In this document: positions 1 through 13,000 of the stretch, piece by piece
How the letters are laid out: every line of letters begins with the position of its first letter
Position numbering within the stretch: the first letter of the stretch is position 1
Assembly (NCBI GenBank): GCA_003344405.1
Contig: NOWV01000023.1
Span: 248,001-312,000 of the forward strand
Origin: Trichoplax sp. H2
Lineage: Eukaryota
DNA length: 64,000 nucleotides
Direction of reading: 5' to 3'
Notes under the pieces: model-generated
Told to the model about the DNA's origin: nothing
The model's database searches: none
The model's input: the letters and a program-made list of their open reading frames with translations, nothing else
Translations under genes and position numbers: made by a program

Positions 1-658
1 CACGAGTTCTGATTCTAACGTTGATGTCGTTAAGTTCTCCGATGTTATCAACGCAGATAGCATGCAAATTGTAAGACATAACAAATTAATTTTTTGATTT
101 TCTAATATTAATTTTAGTTCTCACGATAATTTTACATTGATTTGCTTGCAGGACCAGCAACTGAAGAATTTATATCATCACATCCTTCAACGCGCACTAC
201 ATCGTCGTTACTTTATTGTTGATCTAACTGATAGCACGATAAAGTCCAGTGGTATGAACGAGGTATCACATCAATTTTGTAGATTTTGACTTTCACTTTA
301 TAACAATAACGTGTATTGACTCGTTGCTCGTTGTTATGTCTCATAAGAAATAGTTATAAGACCTTAAGCGAAATTTATATATTTTGATACCCTTAACTTT
401 TAATTACCTTTGTTTCGAAGCAATATTGATTAATATAGATATTTAATTTTCCATTAGTTTCCAGGATCTGCCATCATGTTTATAGATTCATTGAAAGAAT
501 TTAGTAAAGACAATATAATCGAGAGAAGGAATGGCATGTCTAACATGGATCTGACAAATTTTAAAGCTTTTTACTTAACGAACAACGAAATATTGTTCTT
601 TCCACGAGCGATAGATTCAGAAGCCTGTCGTAGGATTGCTCTTTGTATGAAGAAATGA
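1..658 (+). CDS. 3' end of an uncharacterised multi-exon gene (starts before the window)
   Basis: Exons <1-70, 152-262 and 458-658 join in phase 0 through GT-AG introns: ...DVVKFSDVINADSMQI|DQQLKNLYHHILQRALHRRYFIVDLTDSTIKSSGMNE|FPGSAIMFIDSLKEF...ALCMKK*. No family recognised. Confidence 0.7.
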
Positions 659-3600
659 AAAAATTTACTCACAATCCTTATTCGCAGTATTTACAGTATG
701 AATGACATTTTCTTTTCCTTGTTTTAAAATAAATGGATGCTTAATGTTTTACTCTTTGTTGCCCTTCTACTGATTAAAATGCTGCAGACGTATAGCTCAA
801 GATTTGTTTCATTGTACGTTGACAGCCATTTTCATTTCCTGTCTTTTGATTGTACAAATGACAAAGTTACCTTTAGCTGTATAGAACTTGTTTATATTAT
901 TTGTATGGATGTATCTTAAGATTATCCCATACTTGCAAAATTTTAAAATTTTTGATTTCAATGTAGAGTACTGTCTAGAGAGTATTTCTATTTTAATTTT
1001 TTAATTTTTCGATTATTGTAAATACTTTAATATTTTTGTAAAATAGAACAAATTATACAGTACAGTAACTTCATCACAAACTACAATTTGCAATATTCGG
1101 TGTGATAGTGAATTATTAGCTATTTCATCAAATTCTACAAGAAATTAATATGTTAAATCATGATTCAAATATTATTACTGTATTTAACTTAAGGTATTTT
1201 AGTGGTGATGCTACTTAGATCACGATATGAATGAAATTACTTGATTAGTGTACCTACCTTCATTCTTAACCGTTACTAAATCTGAGTACATCATAATTCG
1301 CTAAATATGATAATCTTGAGATTTCTATTGTAAATTAATATAAAATTGTTCATATTGGGTAACTAGATTTTACTATTTTGTTATAATTTCTGACTCTATA
1401 AATGATATAAATATAGAATGTAACGCTAATGGCTCTCTCCTAACTTATTGGCTCTAGCTTGAGTCTAGGATGCTTGTTACTTTGATCTGCGGCTCAATAG
1501 TAGGATCTAACAATAGCGATTTTATTTAACGTAACTTGCTATTTATAGCTGTATTTACTAATTTAATGCACTGATGCTAATTACATTTAATCTATGCTAT
1601 AACATTTCAAATTAAAAGCTCTATGGACTAGTTAGACAATGATTCATGAATAGACTTAAATTTTTTATATGATTATGTATTTGTTGTACTGTATTTATTG
1701 GAAAAGTTCTATTGAATCTTCTGTTGATCCTTTATTATTATTGAATTCTATTTAGATTGATTAATATATAACAAATTTTATTGGAAAAACTCGCTTTCTC
1801 ATTATAACTTGTATTTATTGTAATAACAAAAATGCTTGAACTCAAGTGTTGTATTGCATCTTTTTGGTTTTATTGATTGTGTGACTAATTATTACCTATC
1901 TATTAAAATTCGTTCTGAAGACAATGCCAGGAAAATAAAAATCTGGTAACATTTTAATGATAAAAATAGATTCAATATTTCGACACGATCAGTTTTATAG
2001 ATTAAAATTTTCATCATTAAACCTTCATCAATACTGATTTAAATAAGAATATGCGATGCAGTCCTAATCTCACTCAGTTACCTTAGCATTTTCTTAATGG
2101 CGATGCTTCAATTTATGAAGCAATCAAAAATGTAACTGGAGCATCATTCGATACTAACCAATATTTTACCTTAAGATAATAATTTTAAAGTGGTCTGAAA
2201 TCAATAGCCAGGTATAGCAAATCATTTCACGATTTCTATAATTATGATTTATTTCAAATCTAAAGGTAATGCTTAACAATTATTATCTTATAACCATAGG
2301 GCTTGACCTGATAAACGATTCTTAACCATCTAATTGTAAATATACGAGGAGAGATCTGAACAATCTGTAATTTAACCACTATCGTCATATAACAGCGTAT
2401 AAAGTGTAATATACGTTATTCATAGGTTATATTTGATAACAATTTAAAGGATTAAATCTTTGCATTAATCTATCAGCATGAATAAATCAGTCTATAATTG
2501 CATCTACTTATACCTAATACTTAGTCGATAATTTGTTGCAACTTCTACGCATCGAATCAAATTAAAGTATAAGCAGAAATTACTTCATGCTGTAGTATCA
2601 TAAATGAATGAACGGCTGGCTACAGATTATAGATTATAAGCTTTAAAAAAGAAAATGGAAATAAATAATCTTTGATTATACAATATATTTTGAATAATAA
2701 TTAAAAATGAGCAGAATGGATATATCAATCCTGGAATAAAATCAAGTTTAAAACCGACTAATAAGACTGGTGAACTATCGGAATTGTCCATAGCTCAAAC
2801 TGGATGTCCGATTACGTATTTTATTACGGTAGTCCTAACAACATTTTATAGGAAATTATTTTGCAATTATCTGTATTTATAAGATCTAGATCAGTCTAAT
2901 AGTATAATAGAAAAGAATTTAAATACATTATCTCGTTTTAATTTTCGTGTTTATTAAGCATACGAAATTGACTACATATTACTACTCTAATCTAGAATTT
3001 CATTGCTGTATCAATAAGAAATTTGAACTGAAATATAAGAAACTTTTCCATCATACTACAGTATATTACATCGATCGAAAATTCTATTTTGGTTAACGTA
3101 CATGTATTATGTCTTAGAATATATAAAATCCTTGTATCTGTAGGTGCTATTGATAACTTTTTACCTCAGTTTTTATTACCAATATCAACCGTAAGGGTAA
3201 AATGCTGATCAAGATCTTATATAATACAAAATTACTGAAATCCTAAACACCATTCTGGGATTTGTCAGCTTGCTTTGATTGTACAGTATCTAATTTCTGA
3301 TTTGTCATGATAAAAGTAACCGCTTACCCAAACTATGGAATTGTTATAAGGATCTTTAAACTAGTATCTACGCTAGCGCATATACAGTATAGTAAAGCAA
3401 TAGTTTAATAAGTAAATCATTACTAAATTTTATGAATAAAATACACGTATTAAAATTATTTACGGTATACTAACTGCATATTATAGACAAATAGCAAATT
3501 TCACTCTAATGAAAACTGATATTGTTGTTACCTTATACTTTTCTTCCAAAATATGGATTCAGAAAATGTTTCGTGTTACTCTTAAGATACTGCATACTAG

Positions 3601-4048
3601 TAGTACGCATGCCGTTATGAATTATTAACAAGACAGATTTATCATGATTTTAATCATACCAAGCCCGTTAGTAATAGAAATATCGTTTATTTAAGAAGAT
3701 ATCTGTCGTTTTAAATTTGTATGTACACGTTTATGTAATATTATAGAAAAGTCAGTATCTTCAAATACTTTACAATTAAATTGAGTATTGATAATTATTT
3801 TTGGAAATGCTTCCAATGACTAGGCATAATGCAGGTCATTATAGAATCATTACATAGATCATGGTTACTTTAATCTCACTAATAACCTTCAATTAAATTA
3901 TTAATTTATATGAAACACCTAGGTCAAAAGATTATTAACCTAGATACAAGTGATTAGTACAAGCTCTTAGATGTATCATTACTAACAATAGTACAACTTT
4001 TTTAACTGTAAGCCATTATCCAAGCGTCAAGTGATAACGCATAGATAT

Positions 4049-6775
4049 TCAAGATTTTCGTTCCGAAGAGTAATATAGCTCCAGAGGTTTGTTGACTTTC
4101 CAATACTAAAGTTAGGAGTGGTATACAGAACAGAAATTAGGAACTGCTTGGCATAATAAGGAAATGGTAAAATTTACGAGATATTAAATTACCGTTTCGT
4201 TGATATTATCCAACGTCATGGAAAGTTGTAATAGCTGGCGTTGAAATCAAAAAGACATTGATTTGTAAACTATAATTGATAGCTTATTTAAAACAGTAAT
4301 TTAAGCCATACCTTATATCCTTCTGTCGTAGCAATATAAATCTTGTATAGGGTGTCGGAGCTTTGTTTATGATTGGCTGACTTTGTTGGATTGTCTAATA
4401 CAAAAATAGTGTCCATTTATTCTATAAATGTACCTTTTCTGAACGTATAAAAGAACAACTAAAAGCAGCTATATAAAAGCTAACCAGTTTGAGGCGATTC
4501 AAGAGACATTCTAATGGCAAGATATTTAGCTAAATGCTCCACTAAAAACAATAAATGCCAGGTTTGAAATATGGTATGGTATTATGATATGATTAAAACA
4601 ATTCGATATTCAACATTATTACTACAATTACTTTTCATCTCATGTAGTAGAATACTGCATAAACATAAATGTGTAGAAACTTACCCGTAGCATTAGCTGT
4701 GGTTTTGATATATCGCACAGCAACACGTAGTGGGTTATCCGAATAGTTTGTCTTGTCTAATTCTTGCGGATGAGGTTTGAACATTAATTCAATTTCCTGT
4801 GCATAAAGAATTCTTGAATACAATGTAATTCTTGCAGTTAGATCTAACAATATAGTAGATAATTTTAAAATCTTACGCTGGATGATTCAGTATATTCAAC
4901 CGTATCAGAATCTGTATCTACTGCCTTCGGAGATGCGTCATGATTCACAGAATCTGTTAATTATAATACGACAAAGAGAAGTGTAAATATTAAATACCAT
5001 TGCAGATTTATAAGCATTATTTTGAGATATTTTACTACTAAAGTAAAGTTATACCTGCATCGTTATTATTCTTGTTATTAGCATAATTACTACCCTCTTG
5101 ATTCGCTCTAGTATCCTGTGTTTTTATTCGCTTAGGTACCGGAGCTAATGAAAGTGAAAAAAGACAAGTTGCACACACCATGTGATTATTTTTAAGCTCA
5201 AGCAGTAATTTGAGTGGTAAAATTTCGTTTACCTGATTCGTCGGCTGATGATATATTCTGTTGATCATTACGGTTAATAAAAGACGAGACTTTTAGCTGT
5301 CTAAATATACGTATTCGGGCGTAGCAAAATATCAATCCTGACAATTATAACATACCGATGACCGTTGAGAATGAGACCGATTCGTAGCCTGCATTCGCAC
5401 TCCTTCCTCAAAACTAGATTGTAAAGCATGTTGACTATGGTGTTTGTTTAACCTTGCTAGCACCTTTTCCTAAAATTATTATCCAATCTTAAGTATTTCA
5501 ACTTTAAATTCTGAGAAAATTACTACGAGATAGTAAATAAAAATTTATACTTGTTGGGCTTCATATTCCTCTCGATTGGGATAAATCTGTTGTATTAACG
5601 AATAGAATAATTAGTAAGGGTAGGCATTAACTTACACCTAAATGTAAGATAACATAACCTTTGAGATTAATGCATCAAAGTTTGGATCTGGGCGAAGTGA
5701 TCTTCTGGATACTAATTTTTTGCGACACGTCGGACATTCCTTATTTCTGTGGTAGATGAAATTTATTCATTCAGTAATGAAATAACTGATAAACATGAGG
5801 AAGCAAATTACTAGTTGAATTGTATGAACTAATTACGATAGCATTTATTTGTTAAGAGGTAGTTTAGCTATCAGAATTTTTAGTCTTCAGACGCACAATA
5901 TGCTTGTAGAATAAATAGGAAAGCCTCTCAGTTAAAGATTTTACAGAAATTAAATATAAATTACTATACTTTCAATTAAGAGAAGTGACTTATTTTGTTA
6001 CCCGCTGCGTAGAGCTGTCGTAATGCATTCGGCACAAAACCTATGTAGGCACTAATGATGATGAGAACAAGAGAATAGAATGTTAAAATTCAAATTTGAT
6101 TGTTTCTACACGTAACAGCTACCGCAAGACATTATTGTCCTGTCAATTGGATCGTTAAGTAGGATAAAGCTCGAGCTAATAATTGTGGCATTTTTTTCAC
6201 TGTAGTAAGTATTATAGTTTCTAAGTCGAAATTGGTAGATAATTATGATTTCATTGAAGGCTGGTGATTAAATTATGATCACGAGAAGCGTGATAAGAAA
6301 AATATGCGCATATGTTAAGCTGGTCTCGAACTAAAAGACAGTAAGATTGTATGTTGAGAATCAGAATTCAAATTCGAAATAATTTTGCCATTAAGTTATT
6401 AATAAAAATGTACAGTATGAAAACAACTTGGTACCTCTTTCGTAGTCATAGTGCTTTTTAAGATATCCAAACAGATAGGGCACATTAATTCGCTATGCAA
6501 GCTACGTAATGAAATGGTTACTTCGCTATCGTCGTCTATGGCCGCCTGAGGTTGGCGATGTAATTCGTAAACGCTAAGTTCTGTCAAAAAATTGATTCTT
6601 TATTATTAAGATTTTCTTGACAATAAATCACAACTTGTAATGACGAAGTGAATAACAAATTTATATTACTGATATAATCATACAATTACAGAAATACAAC
6701 AAGGTCATTTAACAGTAAAAGGACTTATCAATTTGCCTTACCCCATGTTTTAGGTTGAGAAACGTTGTTATTGAT
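4049..6775 (-). CDS. RNF2: Polycomb PRC1 E3 ubiquitin ligase RING1/RNF2 (Sce-like); start-codon exon unresolved
   Basis: Spliced exons give [15 protein letters not shown]...[82 protein letters not shown] (C3HC4 RING). The C-terminal RAWUL part reads ...[20 protein letters not shown]...[15 protein letters not shown] at 4049-4051. Confidence 0.95.
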
Positions 6776-8459
6776 CTATAAAGATTTATTCAACAGAGAT
6801 AAAAAATAAAAATTAGTTTAGTGGCAATTTTGTTCAAGTTCAACTTACAGTTCAGTACATAGCTCGTGTCATAGAAGTAGCAGAAAAAGACAGTTCCAAC
6901 TATTACGATTTTGCGGGTATATTTTTGAAAAGATTAAAAGTCATTATACACATTCATAGGTAAGCTAGATTTATAAGGGCTCTGTTATGCAGAGATATGG
7001 TTGATTGCTCTTTTCTATATCGACATGCAGCAATGTGATGCACTATTGAAACAAATTGGTATAATACTCGAGTTTGCAACAGAAAATTTGCAGATATGAA
7101 TCCTTCTGTCGTAGTGTAGGCTACAATGAATTGCACAAAAGTTGATCCTTATTAGTGAGATTATGGTCTAGAATCTACATAGATATTTATTAGTATATTC
7201 TCCATCAATATCTAACGGATAGGTAAGGTTTATGGACATTTTATAATGGCACATTTGAAATGTCGGAAGCCATTTTTAAGATTACAACAACATACTGTAT
7301 AGCCTAACCTAAGATGTGAATATATCTTACCATAAGCAATTTACTGTGAAATGTATGTTCAAGTTGTATAGGATAAAACTACTATCCACATCTATCCACT
7401 AGTGATTCATTGGAATCGTTAGTTGCTATAAGTGAGTCTTTTCGCCCTTTCGCTTTAGACAAGTGTAACTGGTGGGGAAACGTATACATTCTCTGATTCT
7501 CATCCCTATTTCTAGTATTTTATTTCCCTTTCACCAGGTTGTTATATCCATGGAAGACTTGACAGAAGCATTTAATGAATAAATAATAATATTATACCCT
7601 AATTTTGATCCAATTTAACACTGTTGTACAAGAAATTTTGAAGTAGTGTAGGATTCTATGGGCTAAAGACGATGATGTACAATCGTCTTACCGTTGTTCT
7701 ATCAGGCTAGAGGTAACTATAAATCAGTTCAATTTAGTGTTGAATCAAGAATGAAGTAAGTAGTAGTGTGGTATTGCTCGTCAGTACTAAACGATTTGTA
7801 CGAGTATATAGACGCGTAGTAGTACTTTCCAATTTAAAGGAAAATATGGTATTTGGATTGCTTGATAACTCGTAAATCAGTACTTAATGGCATCAATCAA
7901 TCATTTCGAGCTATAAATTGTATAATGGATCATTCTAATAATCCAATGCCAACCATGACAGAGTATACGATTACAGTATAACGAACAGGTCTCGTATACA
8001 TCGACTCCAATCGAGCAATAGTACAATATTACTGTGCATTCGTAGCAGGTTAGGCTATTTTGAAAGGCTTACACAGCATTTACTTCAACCGATCTAAGAA
8101 TAAGTCATTGATTCATCAACACTGCTATGCTATTGTAGAGAAGGGAGGAAAAAAAAAGATTTTATGAGTTACTAACGGATTTTTGTAGAGGCTTGAGTCA
8201 ATGCTACGACCGATTGTGTAAAAGAAGTGGCTAGGACTATTCAGGCAAGTTATCTTGCCGTACTATATCAGAACTTGTGCCTCTTTTCACTTCTCCATCT
8301 TTTACTCGGACTGTAAATCTATCTCCAATTGATATAGACAGAATAGTATTATCAAGACGATTAGACAGCATGAAATGACTAAAAAGGAAAATTTCTATGC
8401 TATAAGGCCAAATCATCGTAGCACAGTTTGGATACTGCAATGACGATATGATGCAGTGG

Positions 8460-9091
8460 AGTGAAAGAAAGAGTGATTTTTCAATGGACATCAACTCGGT
8501 TGGGCAGACAGTGAATGATTGAATAACCTCCCTGCAAAACATCCAACGATGACTTAATGTCTCTTCGTATTGAACTAGAAGAGATAGAACTGCAATCCTA
8601 TGGATGTACAAGTTACTCAAGCGAGTTAGTAGTGAATAAATTTGGATAGTATCCAGTCCAAGTCATCAGTGAAGTGAAAGAGTGATTTTTCAATGGTCAT
8701 CAACTCGGTTGGGCAGACAGTGAATGATTGAATAACCCCCCTGCAAAACATCCAACGATGACTTGATATCTCTTCGTATTGACCTAGAAGAGATAGAACT
8801 GCAATCCTATGGATGTACAAGTTACTCAAGCGAGTTAGCAGTGAATAAATTTGGATAGCATCCAGTCCAAGGCCAATCCAAGTCATTAGTGAAGTGAAAG
8901 AGTGATTTTTCATTGGTCATCAACTCGGTTGGGCAGACAGTGAATGATTGAATAACCCCCCTGCAAAACATCCAACAATGACTTAATATCTCTTCGTATT
9001 GAACTAGAAGAGATAGAACTGCAATCTTATGGATGTACAAGTTACTCAAGTGAGTTAGCAGTGAATAAATTTGGATAGCATCCAGTCCAAG
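8460..9091. repeat. Tandem repeat, about 3 copies of a 209-220 bp unit
   Basis: GAGTGATTTTTCA.TGG.CATCAACTCGGTTGGGCAGACAGTGAATG recurs at about 8471, 8680 and 8900 with near-identical downstream sequence. Confidence 0.95.
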
Positions 9092-9739
9092 TAGTTATTA
9101 AGACATGTCGTTTTAGTGCAAGAAATGATGTTGTCGGTCGACATAACAATGGCTGGACTACGCTTTACCAAGCCGATAGGAATCAATGAAATTGCTATTT
9201 CTCATGCAAGTAGCCATGTAGAAATATGCTTCCCAGTGAATTTTCACGCAATATGAAATGAAAAAAATATATTCTAAGAAAGAAAGTTAGCAGCACTCAC
9301 GTTGGTAAACATGGTAGGCATTATGTTGGACAAATCCAAGCAATTTTTCTCCCTTTTTGCTGGTCAAGAAATGCTCGACAACAGAGAAAGACTGGCCGTC
9401 AAATGGATGGTCGAATGTGATGGTATTATACTCTTTTCCTCTTCATGACTGACTGGTGTGTATGATACCATTGTTCATGTAGAATGTTACAGTAGGCACC
9501 TGAATCCAGGTCTGGTACTCTGGTAGACCTACTAGTGTTTTACTGTGGATCCGTGAGTGTACAGCACAGTGACAGTAGGTTATTGTCGATGTTTTCTTAA
9601 CTCTAAGTCTGATCATATAAAGTTTGGGTGATGAGTGGGTACTAGCTCGTCCACAACATATTCTGACACAGTATTAAGACTACTTTGTACTGTAGCAGTG
9701 CTGTCTGTCTAATGTCTGTCTGATGTAAGATGATGACTG

Positions 9740-9890
9740 AGCCTGACCTACTGTACAGTATACTGCGTATGCGTATTGTACAGTACTGTCCTCGTCGATT
9801 GTGCATTCTCTGATGGTACTGTACTGTACTACAGTACAATGTACAGTACCACAGACTACAGTACGACACTGTACACTGTGTACTGTAAGT
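9740..9890. promoter_or_regulatory. ACAGT/ACTGT pentamer cluster upstream of the WW-domain gene
   Basis: Dense TACTGTACTGTACTACAGTACA...CACTGTACACTGTG tract about 200 bp upstream of the ATG at 10090. Confidence 0.5.
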
Positions 9891-10089
9891 AAAACGCTTT
9901 TTGGACTCCCAATCCAACCAGAGATTCGATCGCCATTCAAGCCAAAATCTTCCTAACAACCTCTTGGCTGCCATTTCGTGGACCACTACTTGGGCAACTC
10001 CTGTAGAAGATTAGTGCTGATCCTCTCCTAAATAAAATTACCTCTATATTGACAATTTGCACACTTGAAATCTTATACAAACATATATT

Positions 10090-13000
10090 ATGGGTAAGAG
10101 AAATGGCATCCAATTGAGAAGTGACATTCTTCAACCTTTCATCAATCCAACTGTAGAAAAAGATGTTGTTTTGTTATCGCTTCATGTTTAGCAAATGCTT
10201 CTTCATCTGCCCAACTTGTAGTATTCATTCGGCCACACGATCCATCATTGACTTTTGATCAAAGTAGTGATTGAAAAGTCACTTATAGACTCACCAATAG
10301 ACTGTATATTCTACCCATCTGTGTATAAACATATCCCCAGTAATATCCATCGTCAAGCTGTAGTTGACAACAACCAAACCAATCCATATTCCTTCATATT
10401 CGGTTGTACTAGAATAGACTAACCCACTGTATGTTTCAATTGGCGTAACCAATCGCTATCTATCGATGACGCTTGAATTGTTTGCTTTCTTCTCCATTAT
10501 AGCCACCAATTTACCTTTACCCCCTGGTTGGGAGGCTAAATTCGATCGAAACACCGGAAAATAGTAAGTATTTCCATGAAAGATCATGCGCCATTGAATA
10601 CGTCCAGTAATGCTCTTACTTTCCTGTGACTCGTCTATCCAAGGATACGAGTCGTGTTACGTCACTTGTAACCCATCAATGAACTGGAGACCAATCCAAC
10701 TTTCAATTTCTTGACAGCTTTTTCATAGATCATTCAACCAAGACAACTTCATGGCAGGATCCAAGAATTGCTTATTACGGCCCTCAAGCCTACCAACAGG
10801 CAGCAATGCAATACCAAATGCAAATGCAACAACAACAGCGACAAAGACCTCAAGTGCCATCATCTCATCCGCAGTCTCAAACTGCTCAACAGTCCTCTCA
10901 ATTTCCTAGAGCAGCAGCAACACAAGCACAACCACCAAGGCCACCAGCAACTACTCCACAGCCGCCGGCAACTACTTCACAGCCACGGGCAACTACTCCA
11001 CAGCCACGGGCAACTACTCCACAGCCACGGGCAACTATTCCACAGCCACCGACAGCTGCACCACCAAAGCCCACACAACCAGCGCCGTCGACCAGTCAAA
11101 CTACCTCTAGCAACACGATTGAAATGACTACATTATCATCATCGCAATCGCGGTCGACATCGGTACGGTGTAGAAATATAGCATTAAATTATAACATAGA
11201 CTAATTGAGCATCGCTACAACAGTGTTGCTTGGATAGTATACGCGTATATCCAAGTATATTTACAGTATGTTTCTCATTTACTGAATAGCACAGACACAA
11301 TTTATATTGCAATAGTATCATTTCAAATTGACAAAGTCTGTACTGTATATACGTAGGAGGATATAGTAGCTACTTGACTGTTAGCTATATAGTTGGTCGG
11401 GTACTGACATTCATTCGTACTCTTCACTTTAGGATTACAACCAGTATAGCAACGCTATCTTACTTCGATAATTTATATACGAATTTATTGTCCTAATGTA
11501 TTTACCTTTGTTATTCGCTAAAATTAATTATCAGGACAGGGGCGGGATTCTACTGGGTGATCTATACTAAAATAATACTGCAATAATTTCAAATCGTCAA
11601 GAGTCCCTATATTGTACAGTATACTGTACGGGGCAAAGACTTAGTAGATTCCTAATTGATAGTTTATCACAGACTACTTCGATACTCTATATGCGTATTA
11701 AAATGTACTTTAATTTACCGTTGACTGTGTCATCATTGCACAAGGGACATTTTGCCAGTACAGAAATGATACTCGTATAATTTCAAATTGTCAAAGAGTC
11801 CACATTCATAGGAAAGATTAAACAGTTACCCTTAATTGATAATGATCATCTCTTGGCACCACATTTACTATGAACTTTAACATCACGACCAATTTAGCTA
11901 AATAGCACCGATATGATTATCAAAAGTCCATATTCATAGGAAAGATGAAACAGTTACCCTTAATTGATAATGATCATCTATTGGCATCACATTTACTATG
12001 AACTTTAACATCACGACCAATTTAGCTAAATAGCACCGATATGATGGTCAAGAGTCCATATACGCAGGAAAGATAATATATGTAATTACCCTTATCATAC
12101 TACTAACTTAAAAGTCGCTATGATAGCGTCATAATACTGTATGTAGACCGTAAAGATAATTCTGGCCGATGGCTGTTAATACTCAGCTTCAAATAGTTTC
12201 ATCTCGTAGCTAGTTATAGCTGTGACATGTATAGCTATGACTCTATAAACTTGCAGCTTTAGAATTTCGATCAAAGCATGTAATAGCTTCTTTGCCTTTT
12301 ACTTATTATTAACTAATCTTTAATGTGAAATGGAATCAGTTTTGATCTGTAGATAACAGTATTAACATGATACTTTCTCTGAAATTTTTACTTGCTCGTA
12401 AGCCTTAGTTATGAATGTTGAATGTACGGCTGTATCAATTCTAGTCAAGTGTGCTATTTGTATAACCATGGTAGACATCTCACTTTAGAAGCTAGTTACT
12501 TGTTATCACTCTGTTATAGTAAACATTCTTGTATGCCTTGTCAACTGCTTACGCAACAGTTTATTAAAAGTTATAATTAAGAATATATTAATTACATATT
12601 ATTTATTCATAGGTTACTCCTCAACATGAGAGTACGCTTCATGGGTCAAGGGAGACTGTTGCTACGTTGTCAGATGATGATAAAGCACGAAGTTAGGGTT
12701 ATTCTGATATGTATAATAATACTTTAGTATTTGAAAAGGAAACATAATCTCGATATCAATTTTCTTAGTTACAAGATTGATGAAAAGTGAATTTAAGGAC
12801 GTTGACGAAAATGTCGTTGTCACCGTTCTAAACAGCGTACGTCAGATTTATTCTTCTATACGCTTTAGATAGCATTTCTTTGCCGTAAAATTAAATTTAG
12901 ATCTATTTTTTATACTACTCTTGAACACAACTGCGTTGGTAAATTAATGGTGGGATAACAGGCCAACTTTAATGAACAGGATACTAGATTTGTTTTAAAA

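Noticed and set aside
8237..9049. Three overlapping similar ORFs (127, 95 and 75 aa)
   Set aside because: They are translations of the tandem repeat unit in shifting frames, with no protein motif.
10768..11127. His/Gln-rich overlapping ORF
   Set aside because: Alternative frame of the PQPRATT minisatellite; the WW-linked frame is the real one.
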